This document shows positions 38,245-50,453 of a stretch of DNA of 64,000 nucleotides, piece by piece. A model generated the notes under the pieces. It saw only the letters and a program-made list of their open reading frames with translations. It was not told the DNA's origin and made no database searches. Positions within the stretch are counted from its first letter, which is position 1. Every line of letters starts with the position of its first letter. This DNA comes from Yuukianura sp. NJ FZ-2021 (taxonomy: Eukaryota), in NCBI GenBank assembly GCA_046563655.1, contig CM102287.1, forward strand, positions 8,990,001-9,054,000, given 5' to 3'. Position numbers and translations under genes: made by a program.

Positions 38245-40779
38245 TTAAGTTAACATATTCACATCAAACTCCATTTGTGTTCCTTCTTCCTGTTCGTTAT
38301 CCTCTTCAGATTCGTCCGAATCCTCTGGACTACAATTGGACAACTCGTCTTCCGCTACTTTATTCTGTACCGCAGCATTTTCGGTTACTTTTCGTTTCCT
38401 TCTGGTTCTACCACCAACGGCAGGTGGTGATCGTGTCAATTTGCGGTTAGATTTAAATCCTGTTATTGCCCTTGCTTCCTCTTCAGTCTTGCCATGTTGC
38501 GACATGAGATGAGTGCACAGATTTAGACGTCTCATATAAACTCGATTACAAATTGAACACGTAGGGGTGCTGGCCTTGATTTCTTTGTAGACGCGATCCC
38601 CGTTCGGTAGAACACGAAAAATCGTGGGCCGTCTCATTTTCGCTGCAACCGTCGCTTCCTCTTTTGTCATTTTATGAGTATACATATAATGTTCTTTCAA
38701 CGCGCTCTTGAATGCAAATGCATTCCCACAGATCTCACAAACTTGGTCACGAATCTGCGACTTCTGGTGGACACGGTATACATGGCCTCTGAGGTGATGG
38801 GCAGCTTTAAAAGTTTTTTTGCATTGGTCGCAAGAGAAATTCCGTTCTTCGGTGTGAACAAATTGATGTTTTTTCAGAAAGATTTTGCTTGAAAATGCCA
38901 TTCCGCAGGTCTCACAAGTAACAGTCTTCAGATTGAGTACGACGTCAAGATGAGTATTTTCATGCAGTGTCAAACCACCTATAAAATTCACACACAAAAA
39001 TTGTAACAATAAGTTACAAACTTGAGAGAGCGAAATTGCCCAAATTACCTTTCGTGGTAAACGCAGCGCCACAATAAGTACAGAGGAATTCCTTCACAAG
39101 CGGTGTGTCACTATGTAGTACTTTCATGTGGTGTTCAAGACCATCTTTTGTTGTCAATGCTTTGCCACAAATGTCACAAGTGTAGTTACGCACCTTGAAA
39201 TGCTTGCACTTGATATGCTGGATTATATACGTCGTTGTGTCATACGTTTTCCCACATAATGGACAGGGACGAATCAATTTGGCCTTTGGAAACAAAACTG
39301 CTGATTTTTCAATATCCTTGTAGCCAGTATTCAATTTATGGTCTTTTTCCTGATGAACCACCCACTCCTTGAATGTATCGAAATTCACATCTTTGCAGTC
39401 GTCTCCATTACATTTGTATCGGCTTGAATCGATCAAGGCCTTTTGCTCGTCGGTGAGATCTTCAAGATGGTAGCGGAGCTCGCTGGGAATCACAGGATAC
39501 TGAAATTTTAAAAATACAAAATACTAAGCAAATAATTTATTCATGAAGAAGAAAAAAGGTGACCAATGAACTTACACGAGCACCATGTTCAATGGTCTTA
39601 TGGCGATCGAGGAGCGTCTGTGTTGCAAAACGCTGTGTACAATCCGTTTCTGAGCAAACCGCGGTCTTACGCTTTTCCCGCTCGTAGGCTCTAGTGCCAA
39701 CAGCATTTGCTCGTCGCACTCGCTTTCCCAAATCAGGATCAACGTTTCCTGAATGTTGCTTCTGCAAATAAAAATCAAATCGAAAAATTCTTACTCAACG
39801 TTTCTACTTTTGTGCCAGAATTAGAATTAAGTACTACACACGACAGTGGTACCTCTGAAATATGAAAGGTAGGCCTTACGTTCGAATCAGAATCATCTTT
39901 TGTAGTCTGCAGTAGCTTCCTTCTAAGAATACGAGCTTTATTCCGCAGATTACTGTTAGTAAGAGGAGTAGTTGGATTTTTCTTATCGCCAGAGGAGATT
40001 TTCAGTATTTTGTTTCGTTTTGCAGTTGCCGCTGGTTTCCGGTTTGATCGTCGCGGCAAAGTAGTTGCAGGTAGAGTAGCTGGCTTTTGCTCAACAGAAG
40101 TTCCTAAGCTTTCCAAAAAACTGTAAGAGTCATCTACGTCATCGTTTTCCGTAATTTCTTGTTGTTCATGCTTAGCAACATCATCAAAATTTTCACCAAC
40201 AACGCAGTCAGGAACAATCGTTTCTGGTTGAGAAACTATATCCGGAATCGATGTCGGGAGATGTTCCGGAAAGATAATCAATGGTAAGTGGGAAAATTGT
40301 GGAAGTATGACGCTAACAGGCAATGTGCCTGTTTGCTGAGTTGTCTGGGGCAAACCGCTGCTTGGCTCCAGAGTTGATGAAGGAGCAGGACAACGACGCC
40401 CCTTCGTTCTCGGTTTTCTTTTCCGGGCGGTGGAGCTGAATTGATTAGAAACCTCCTTTTGAACATTTCGTACGTGAGAGTCGGGATGTGACCTTTCAAA
40501 GAAGGCGGAGTAGAGAGCCATAAGTTTTGCAAATGGTGTTCCACAGGGAATGCAAAGATTGAGGCGTTGAGAGTCCAGTTCAGCTTGTGGGATTGATTGA
40601 CGAGACTTCAAAAGCAGCTCAAGTCCTTCATAAATGCTTCGTATGGTGCCATTTTCAGCAGCATAAGCCCCGAGCTTGCCGTCTGCTGTTAAAAACTGAG
40701 CACAACAGTTAGCACATTTAGTGACAGATACAGATACAGATGGAGACTGGATTGAACCAGCATCAGCATTGCTATCCAT
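38245..40779 (-). CDS. ZAD-like + C2H2 zinc-finger protein, paralogue A; exons 40779-39880, 39761-39576, 39499-39049, 38978-38245
   Basis: N-terminal CANC...LCIPC..F (ZAD-like), about 9 C2H2 fingers, acidic tail; GT-AG introns conserved across three paralogues. Confidence 0.88.
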
Positions 40780-41021
40780 CGCTCTTCGCCTACCTAGTCC
40801 AAAAACAAACAACAGAAGTTAGCATTATACAACTTATTTTATTTCTTAATCGTTCGTATCGTAACGTAGGTACAGTACATGTGATTTACCTAAACTTCCG
40901 GAAAGAAGCCAGTAGTTTTTGAAAACCTCAGCACTCAGCGTTAGCAGTAGTAACTACGATTGATTAGTTTAAATTGAATTTGATTCTAAATTCTAGATTT
41001 TAAAAAGTCAAAAATAAAAAA

Positions 41022-41092
41022 CAAGGACTTTACATATTGGTCCCCGCCTTCGCCCACACACATACAAATCACCCGTTCACCACAGCTGGGCA
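41022..41092 (-). promoter_or_regulatory. Conserved upstream module of zinc-finger paralogue A (copies at 46009-46075 and 50060-50130)
   Basis: CAAGGACT...T(T/C)CCCGC...CACACACA...TCACCC...AGCTGGG is retained 5' of all three paralogues. Confidence 0.55.
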
Positions 41093-41263
41093 TTTTTTAT
41101 ATAATTTTCTAAAGCAGGTTTCCAAGCAATATTTTCTAAAACATACTTTTTTTTCTAAACATATAAAGAAACGTAAGACGTAAAATCAAGCTGACTTTTG
41201 AAAGCAGTAATTTAACTGCTGGAATTCAAAATTGTAATAAAAGTAACTACTATAAAGTATAGA

Positions 41264-44200
41264 TTAAGTTAGGACATTCAAATCAAAGTCTATTTGTGTT
41301 CCTTTTTCCTGCTCGTCGTCTTCAGATTCATCCGAAGTGTCTGGACTAGCACTGGACAACTCGTCTTCCGATACTTCCTTTTGTATCGCAGCATTTCCGG
41401 TTACTTTTCGTTTCCTTCTGGTTCTACCACCAACGGCAGTTGGTGATCGTGTCAATTTGCGGTTAGATTTAAATCCTGTTATTGCCCTCGCTTCTTCTTC
41501 AGTTTTGCCATGCTGGGATATGAGATGAGTGCAGAGATTTAGACGTCTCACATAAACTCGATTACAAATTGAACACGTAGGGGTGTTGACCTTGATTTCT
41601 TTGTAGACGCGATCCCCGTTCGGCAAAACACGAAAAATCGTGCCTCGTCTTATTTTCGCTGCAGCTCTGGCTTCCTCGTTTGTCATTTTGTGAATATAAA
41701 CAAAATGATCTTTCAACCCGCTTTTGAATGCGTATGCATTCCCACAGATCTCACAGACTTGGTCACGAATCTGGGACTTCTGGTGGACACGGTATACATG
41801 GCCTTTGAGACTATGAAGAGTTTTAAAAGTGTTCTTGCATTGGTCGCAAGAGAAATTCCGTTCCTCGGTGTGAATAGCTTGATGCCTTTCTAGACGGCTT
41901 TTTCTAGCAAACGCCATTCCGCAAGTCTCACAAGTATTAGTCTTCGTATTGCGTAGGATGTCAAGATGAGTATTTTCATGCGCAGTCATACCAGCTATAA
42001 AATTCAAAATTCGAAAAAATTGTTCATATCTGTAAATTAAGTTACAAACTTAAGAAAAAAAATTGACATCATTACCTTTCGTTGTAAACGCCTCACCACA
42101 GTAGGTACAAAGGAATTCCTTCGGAACCGGTGTGTCACTATGCAGTACTTTCATGTGCTGTTCAAGACCAGCTTTTGTTGCCAATGCGTTGCCACAAATG
42201 TCACAAGTGTAGTTACGCACCTTGAAATGCTTGCACTTGATATGCTTGACTATATACGACGTTGAGACAAACTTTTCCCCACATAATGGACAGGGACGAA
42301 TCAATTTGTCCTTTGGAAACAAAACTGCCGAGTTTTCAATATCCTCGTAACCAGTATTCAATTGATGGTCTTTTTCCTGATGAACCACCCACTCTTTGAA
42401 TGTATCGAAATTCACATCTTTACAGTGGGCTCCATTACATTTGTATCGGCTTGAATCGATCACGGCTCTTTGCTCGTCTGTTAGGTCGTCAAGACGGTAG
42501 CAGACCTCGCTGGGAATCACAGGATACTGAAATTTTAAAAATAAATACAAAATATTATTTAGCAAGCAACTAATTTATTCACAAAGAAAAAAAAATAAGC
42601 CGCCCAATGAACTTACACGAGCACCATGTTCAATCGTCTTATGGCGATCGAGGAGTGTCTGTGTTGCAAATGGCTGTGTACAATCCATTTCTGAGCAAAC
42701 GAAAGGTTTCTTCCGCTTTTCCCGGTCGGAGGCTCCAGTGGCAACAGCATTTGCTCGTCGCACTCGCTTTTCCAGCACAGAATCAATGTTTCCTGAATGC
42801 TGGTTCTGCAAATAAAAATCAAATCGAAAAAGTCTTACTCAACGTTGCTCCTTTTGCCAGTGAATTAGTAGTATACTAGTACGAAATATGAAAAGGTACG
42901 CATTACTACTGGGTCTCCCCAGACGGACGAAAAAAAAATGAGATTGTGCATCGCGTTTCAACCAAAAAACAAACAACTTTTCCAAAATCACCCCGAGTTT
43001 CACAAAATCTACCGAAAAAATATTTATGCTAAGGCCGGATTACTATGGAGGGGCAATAACGACTTTCACTAATAATTATATTTATATTACAATTAAATAT
43101 TTTTCCCTTAAAATAAAAAAAAGTTCACAAAAAGAAAAAAAAAGTTTTGGAAAAAAATTTTTTTTTTGTATTTAAAAAAAATAATTTTTGTACTTAAAAG
43201 TATTTTTCTAAATTAGAAATATTTTTTTATATCTAAAAAAAGTTTTTCAAAAAAATATTTTTTTAGTTATAAAGTTTATTTTCGCTTAAAAAAACTTTAT
43301 TTTTGACGGAAGAAATATAAATGTGGAGCACTGTGAGAAAACTTTTTTTTTTAAAAAGAAAAAATTTTTCTTTGGGATTGTGTCGTCATAAGCCAGGATT
43401 CGGTGGCCACTTGTGTTCTCCCAATTGCATACCACGCGAGTCCACTGTTGTCGGTTTTGAAATTCAGAGAGGACCATGCCTTTGACAAGGAAGTTTTTCT
43501 CGTGCCAGGGAGGTGGTCCAACTGCTCGATGGACAATAGACTTGCATAGAGCGTAGGTAGCGCTAGTCTGGCGGAAAGAAGGAGAAACACACGATATCAG
43601 CAATGAAAGGGGCCAGAATTGATAACGCTGGAAAGAAAAACATGTTTCTCATTCTTTCCGCCAGACTAGCGCTACCGACACTCTATGTAAGTCTATTGTC
43701 CACCGAGCACCGAGTCCTCTCTGAATTTCAAAACCGGCAACAGTGGAGTGGCGTGGTATGCAATTGGGAGAACACAACTGACCACCGAATCCTGGCTTAT
43801 GACGTCACAACACCAACTTCAGAAAGAAAATTTTTTTTCTTTTTTTCATTTAAAAAGTTTTTTTCACAGTGCTCCACATTTATATTTTTTCGGTCAAAAA
43901 TAAAGTTTTTTTTATACAAAAAAAAAACTGTATAACTAAAAAATACTTTTTTAAAGAACTTTTTTTTTAATATAAAAAAATATTTCTAATTTAGAAAAAT
44001 ACTTTTAAGTACAAAAATTATTTTTTAAATACGAAAAAAAAATTTTTTTCAAAACTTTTTTCTTCTTTTTGTAAACTTTTTTTTTTATTTTAAGGAAAAA
44101 AATTTTAATTATAAGATAAAAATAATTATTAGTGAAAGTCGTTATTACCCCTCCATAGATTACACTTACATTTCCTAACCGTGACTGAGAACAGTTGTTT

Positions 44201-45677
44201 GAGAAAATTTACAAGCGAGTAAGAATTTTGCTAAAATGAAACAAAGGTAGGGTAAAGACGACTATCAGAGTAAGCTGGGGGTTTCGTTTCTTCGTTTGCT
44301 GGACTTCCAGTAGTTCCAGTATCGAATTCTAAATCCGGCTTGAGGAATGCTGGAGGAGGGGGGCGAGGAGGGGGGGTACGATTAAGAGGAGGAATGGTGA
44401 TCGGAATTGATGGCAGATTAGGTGGAAGAGCAGGATAACGTACAGCAGGAGGTAATGCTGGAAATGTCGGTGGCTGACGCTGCCGGCTTGTCGTAATTGT
44501 CGTCGGAAGCAAAGCTTAACAATAAAAACTAAAATTAATCCTTTTGTAATTGATTTCTGAAAACAATTGACTAACCCCTGCTGCAGCAAAGCCAACATGC
44601 CAGCCGACGTACACAGGCGTACAAGATAAGAGCAACTAGGAAAACTGTAAGCAAAAGTATGACGTCATTAGGTTCAAAAATGAAGGAATGAAGCTTAACT
44701 ATCAACAACGTTTTACATGACTTACTCAACACGGAATACACCAACTCAATTTCCCACTTGTCATTTAGAAATTTCGTTATTCTGAAACGCGCAAGAAAAA
44801 AGGTGTGGGAAGTGGGCCTTAAAAAATTGTACATCGCCAAAGAAACCTGTTTTTTTTTGGTGCATCAAAATGGAAAAGCTGCACAATCTCATTTTTTTTT
44901 CGTCGGTCTGGGGAGACCCAGTAGTACGTTCGAATCGGAATCATCTTTTGTAGTCTGCAGTAGCTGCCTTCTAAGAATACGAGCTTTATTCCGCAGATTA
45001 CTGTTAGTAATAGGAGTAGTTGGATTTTTCTTATCTCCAGAGGAGAATTTCAGTATTTTAATCCGTCTTGCAACTGCGGCAGGTTTCCGGGTAGCTCGTT
45101 GCGGCAAAGTACTTGCAGGAGGAGTAACTGGCTTTTGTTCAACAGAAGTTCCTAAGTTTTTCAAATAAGTATAAGAGTCATCCACGTCATCGTTTTCCGT
45201 AATTTCTTGTTGTTCATTCGTAGCAACATCATCAAAATTCTCATCAACAAGGCAGTCGGGAACAATCGTTTCTGGTTCATAAACTGCATCCGGAATCGAT
45301 ACTGGGAACTGCTCCGGAAGTATAATGATGGTGGGACTGAATTGGCTAGAAACCTGATCTTGAAGTTTTCGTACGTGAGAGTCAGGATGTGACCTTTCAA
45401 GAAAGGCATAGTAGAAAGCCATAAGTTTCACAAAGGGTGTTCCACAGGGAATGCAAACCCTGAGGCGTTGAGAGTCCAGCTCAGCTTGTGGGATTGATTG
45501 ACGAGACTTAAAAAGCAGCTCAAGTCCTTCATAAACGCTTCGTATGGTACCATTTCCACCAGCAGCATAAGCCCCAAGCTTGGCGTCTGCTGTTAAAAAC
45601 TGAGCACAACAGTTAGCACATTTAGTGACAGATACAGATGGAGACTGGATTGAACCAGCTTCAACATTGCTATCCAT
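41264..45677 (-). CDS. ZAD-like + C2H2 zinc-finger protein, paralogue B; exons 45677-44928, 42805-42617, 42526-42076, 41994-41264
   Basis: Highly similar to paralogue A; frame intact. First coding intron is expanded by a 2-kb insertion; internal deletion of about 50 aa after the ZAD-like domain. Confidence 0.85.
43043..44158. mobile_element. Nested foldback element with imperfect arms of about 520-550 bp
   Basis: CTATGGAGGGG...CCCCTCCATAG termini; flanking direct repeat ATTA (or GATTAC if the ends are trimmed by 1 nt); arms about 43043-43590 and 43641-44158. Confidence 0.88.
44231..44834 (-). CDS. Transposon-borne spliced ORF: single TM, Cys cluster, Pro-rich tail; exons (44834 or 44781)-44726, 44644-44576, 44514-44231
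   Basis: Two phase-1 GT-AG introns (81 and 61 nt) give ...WEIELVYSVLIFLVALILYACVRRLACWLCCSRALLPTT...PPPRPPPP...KPPAYSDSRLYPTFVSF*; start uncertain. Confidence 0.6.
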
Positions 45678-46228
45678 CGCTCTTCGCCCACCTAATTCCA
45701 AAAACAAAGAACACAATACACAAGTTAGCGTATACAACGTATTTTTTAATCGTTAGTACATGTGATTTACCTAAACTTCCGGAAGGAACGAAGGAAGCCG
45801 AAGCCAGTAGTTTTTCAGCACTCAGCGTCAGCAGTAGTAACTGTAGCAAAGAAGGTCGTACCAACGACTCCAAACAACCACGTAATAATCGACTCCTGTC
45901 TTTATCAAGTGTTATTCTTGATCTTAGTAGTATGTGTCTGATCGATTAGTTTAATTGAATTTGAATTAGATTTTAAATTATAAATTCTAAAAAGTCAAAA
46001 ATAAAATACAAGGACTAAATATTCGTTCCCGCGTTCGTCCACACACATACAGATCACCCGTTCACCACAGCTGGGTATTTTTACACAAATTTTCTAAGCA
46101 GCACTGTCTAAACATACTTCTGACTAAACGTAAAACGTAAAATCAAAATCAAGGTGACTGTTGAAAGCAGTAATATAATCCAACCGCTGGAATTCAAACT
46201 TGTAATAAAAGTAAAAGTAAAGTTTAGA

Positions 46229-49200
46229 TTAAGTTAGCATATTCAAATCAAAGTCCATTTGTGATTCTTCCTGTTCGTCATCGTCTTCAGATTCATCCGA
46301 AGTGTCTTGACTTTCACTGAACAACTCTTCTTCTGATACTTCCTTTTGTACCGCAGCATTTCCGGTTACTTTTCGTTTCCTTCTGGTTCTGGCAGCAACA
46401 GCAGTTGGTGATCGGGTCAATTTCCGGTCAGATTTAAATCCAGTTATTGCCCTCGCTTCTTCTTCAGTCTTGCCATGTTGCGACATGAGATGAGTACAGA
46501 GATTTAGACGCCTCACATAAACTCGATTGCAAATTGAACATGTAGTGGGGTTGACCGGGATTTCTTTGTAGACGCGATCCCCGTTCGGTAGAACACGAAA
46601 AATCGATTGGCGTTTCATTTTAGCTGCAACTCTGGCTTCTTCTTTCGTCATTTTATGAATATACATAAAATGTTCTTTGAGCGAACTCTTGAAAGCGTAT
46701 GCATTCCCACAGATCTCACAAACTTTGTCACGAATCTGCTGGTCCTTCTGGTGGATACGGTAAACATGGTTTTTTAGGCTTTGAGCAGATTTAACAGTTT
46801 TGTTGCACTGGTCACACGAGAATTTCCTCTCTTCGGTGTGAACAATTTGATGCTTTTGTAGGTGATAATTTTTTGAAAATGCCTTTCCGCAAGTCTCACA
46901 ACTAAAAGTCTTCGTATTGAGTAGGATGTCAAGATGAGTGTTTTCATGTAGAGTCAAGGCACCTACAAAATTCCAGAGTTAACAAAATTCCGCAAGAAAG
47001 AAAACTATGAATCCAAACAAGAACGTACCTTTCGATGCAAACGCATCACCACAATAAGTACAAAGGAAATCCTTCGCAAGCGGTGTGTCACTATGTATTA
47101 ATTTCATGTGCTTTTCAACACCAGTTTTCGATGACAATGCTTTGCCACAAATACCACAAGGGAAGTCACGCGTGTTGAAATGCTTGCGCTTGATATGATT
47201 GATTATATCCGTCGTAGAGACACACTTTCTCCCACATAATGGACATGGGCGAATCAATTTGTGCTTCGGAAATAGAACTGATTGCTTTTCAATATCCTCG
47301 TAGCCAGTGTTCAATTGATGGTCTTTTTCCTGATGAACCACCCACTCCTTGAATGTATCGAAATTCACATCTTTGCAATCGGCTCCATCACACTTGTACG
47401 TTACGCTCGAGTCGATCAAGGCCCTTTGCTCATCGGTTAGATCTTGCAGGCTTTCACGGAACTCGCTGGGAATCATAGGATACTAAAATATGAAAAATAC
47501 AAAACACTGAAGCGAACTTGAGCAAGCAAACAATTTAGTTGTGATAAAAAATAAGCTGGTCGGTGAACTTACACGAACACCATGTTCAGTGGCTTTATGG
47601 CGATCGAGGAACGTCTGTGTTCCAAAACGCTGTGTACAATCCATTTCTGAGCAAACGAATGTTTTCTTCTGCTTTTCGCACTCATAGGAACTAGTACTAG
47701 CGTATGCTCGTTGAACTTGAACTTGCTCTTCCAATTCAGAATCACTGTTACCAGAATGATGTTTCTGCAAACAATAATCAAATTGAAAAATTCTTCAACA
47801 TTGCTCATTTCCACTTGATTAGTGCCTATGAAGTATCACTAAAAGGAAAAGATTTGCCTTACGTTTGACTCAGGATCATCTTTTCTGGTCTGGAGTAGCT
47901 GCTTCCTTCTATGAATATGAGGGTCGTTCAGCAGATTACTCTTAGTAGGAGTAGTTGGATTTTTCTTCACTGCGGAGTAGATTTTCAGTATTCTATTTCT
48001 TGTAGTTTCAGAGGATTCATGTTTCTTTTGTTTCGCAAAAATCCTTGGAGCAACAGGCTTTGGCTTTTGCTGGAAAGAAGCTTTTAAAGTTTTCCAGAAC
48101 GCGTAAGAGTGATCCAAGTGATCGCTTTCCGTAGGTTCATTTTGTTGATCCGTACCAACATCATCCAAATCCTCATCAACAATGCAATCGGGAACAATCG
48201 TTTCTGGTTCAGAAACTGCAACTGGAATCGATGTTGGAAGTGGAGTTTCCGGAAGGATAATGAATGGTAAGCGTGAAGATTGTGGAAGTATGACGCTAAC
48301 TGGTAATTTGCCTCTCTGCTGATTTGCTTGAGGCAAATCGTTGCTTTCCACACGAGTTGACGAAGGATCCGGACGAAGATGTCCCATCGTTACCGTGTCT
48401 CTTTCCCCGGCGGTGGAGCTGAAGTGATCAGAAACCTCCTTTTGAAGATTACGTACGTAAGAGTCGGAAAGTGATCTTTCAAGAAACGACGAGTAGCAAT
48501 CCATCAGCTTTTGAAAATGCGTTCCGCAGAGTGAGCAAAGGGTGAGCTTTTGAGAATTAAGTTCCGCTCGTGGGATTGATTGACGTGACTTGAATAGCAG
48601 TTGGAGTCCTTCATAGACGCTTCGTGAGGTACCATTCACATCAGCATCATACGTACTGACACCGAGGCTAAGGTCTGCTGTTAAAAACTGAACACCGCAG
48701 TTGACACATTTAGTAAAGGCAGAACATGGGAATACCGTGTTGACTTGATTGACGCTAGCTGGATTTGTGCCTCTCATGGTCCTAGACATCGGATATTGTT
48801 CTACTAGTCGTGAGTTTCGAGTTTTTGGAGGAGTAGCTACAGCTACAAAGGCAGGCTGACTTGCGCCAGCATCAGTATTGTTATCCAGTTCCAACCTGTT
48901 AAAAACACAACACAAATTAGCATAAAGAATTCCTTATTTAGTTTTGGATCAGAATCATTCTTCGAAATTAATTAAGACAATGTCACGTCACATGTTGAAT
49001 TCAAATCGAATTTTACTTTTCGTTACATGATTGCACAGATCATTATCATTACCTTAACTTCTGGGTGGAAGCCAAGCCAATAGACTTGTTATTAACGTCA
49101 CGATCAGAGTCAGCAGCAGTACTGTCTATATCCCTAAAAAACGAGTAGACAATTTTGCAAAAAAATGTTCGTTTCAATTTCGTTGCTCAAAGTTATCTCC

Positions 49201-49518
49201 ATTAACTAAAGCACACTCCTCCAGTCATGCTCATGATTAGAAATCCAGCTCTTACATTTTTGTACGGTTCTGTAGAGTGATTAGTGTCTTGGGTCTGCCT
49301 GGTGGCTTCTTGTTCGCCAGGCTATTTTCTTCTACGAATCTGGACACGACTCGTTTAACTGTGTGATGCGATAATTCATGTTGAAATTCTCCAAAAAACT
49401 CCTCACGAATACGTGACGTACGTCCCCGACCCAACTTTTCATGTTCAAACCATTTTTGCACTAAGAATATACGTTCAGTTTCCGTTGTTTGAGTCTGGGG
49501 TGTTCTACTATTATTCAT
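46229..49518 (-). CDS. Transposase-HTH + ZAD-like + C2H2 zinc-finger fusion, paralogue C; exons 49518-49256, 49133-49053, 48895-47863, 47764-47573, 47482-47029, 46962-46229
   Basis: The paralogous ATG is CTG here. Two upstream exons splice in phase 2/2 without stops. The first encodes ERIFLVQKWF...IREEF..EF...SHHTVKRVVSRFVEENSLANKKPPGRPKT. Confidence 0.8.
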
Positions 49519-50453
49519 GGTGCACCAATTTTCTTTTCAATTTCTGTAAAAAAAACACTGGTTAATACGGTTAAGTCCTCATACGATTTGTAACCACCGA
49601 CTTCACTTTACAATTGGATCATTGAAGTTGCACTTAAGTTACCTCTACTCTAGTCCCAAGCCCAACGAAGTGTGAATGGTTCTCTTCAATCACCCAGAAG
49701 TTATCCAGTTTCCAGTACTGATTATTGACCTCGAGCTCGACAACGTAAATTCCAAACCTAAACAACTAAAAATCTTTTTAAAGTTATGACACTATAAAAT
49801 CAAACTTTAAAGGTTGAGATAAGGCTTAACGAACGCGGTTGTAGCCGTACGACGAACAAAGACCGGCCACCAATAGTTGCTACAACGGGTGATGGTGGGT
49901 GGCTACACTGTGCGGCAACTTGTATTGCGACTTTAGCTTAGGTTAATGTGGAGATTTCAGTTGCCAATCAAGTGTAGCCATTAAAAATGGTGGTGACTAC
50001 GCATAGTGCGGCTACAATTACAACGGTGGTCGTTCATCCTTGTGTCGCAAAGTGAAAACCAAGGACTAAAAACAAGTTCCCGCGCTCACAAACACACACA
50101 TGCATCGTCACCCCTTTGACCAGAGCTGGGCACTTTCCAAACACATTTTCTAAACGTCACAAGAACGTTTTCTAAACAAATTTTACTTTCAACGTTTCTG
50201 TAAATAACAAATGATAAATAATACAAATATTAAGCTAAAGAACGTTTTCATTATTAATACATAAGTAAAAGTACGAAAAATCGAACCTGTAATAGTCAAA
50301 TACCTGTAAATAGTCAAGTCCTACTCCTTCCTTACTAAAAAAAAAAAAAAAACACGACAGAAGAACCATTTCTACACCAATTTTAGAACAAAAAGATGAG
50401 AAAAGTACAGTGGAAGGTCAATCAATATACACTGATCAATCTAACTTGAATGT

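Larger units (their letters stand above)
42906..44924. mobile_element. Non-autonomous TA-targeting DNA transposon (Tc1/mariner superfamily inferred) with cargo
   Basis: About 45-bp TIRs CTACTGGGTCTCCCCAGAC(G/C)GACGAAAAAAAAATGAGATTGTGCA; TA on both sides; the empty site in paralogue A (CCT-TA-CGTTCGAATC, about 39877) has a single TA. Confidence 0.9.

Noticed and set aside
44782..44866. Upstream ATG mini-exon for the cargo gene
   Set aside because: Splicing ATGCAC...ACAG to the acceptor at 44781 gives an immediate stop; the cargo start remains unresolved.
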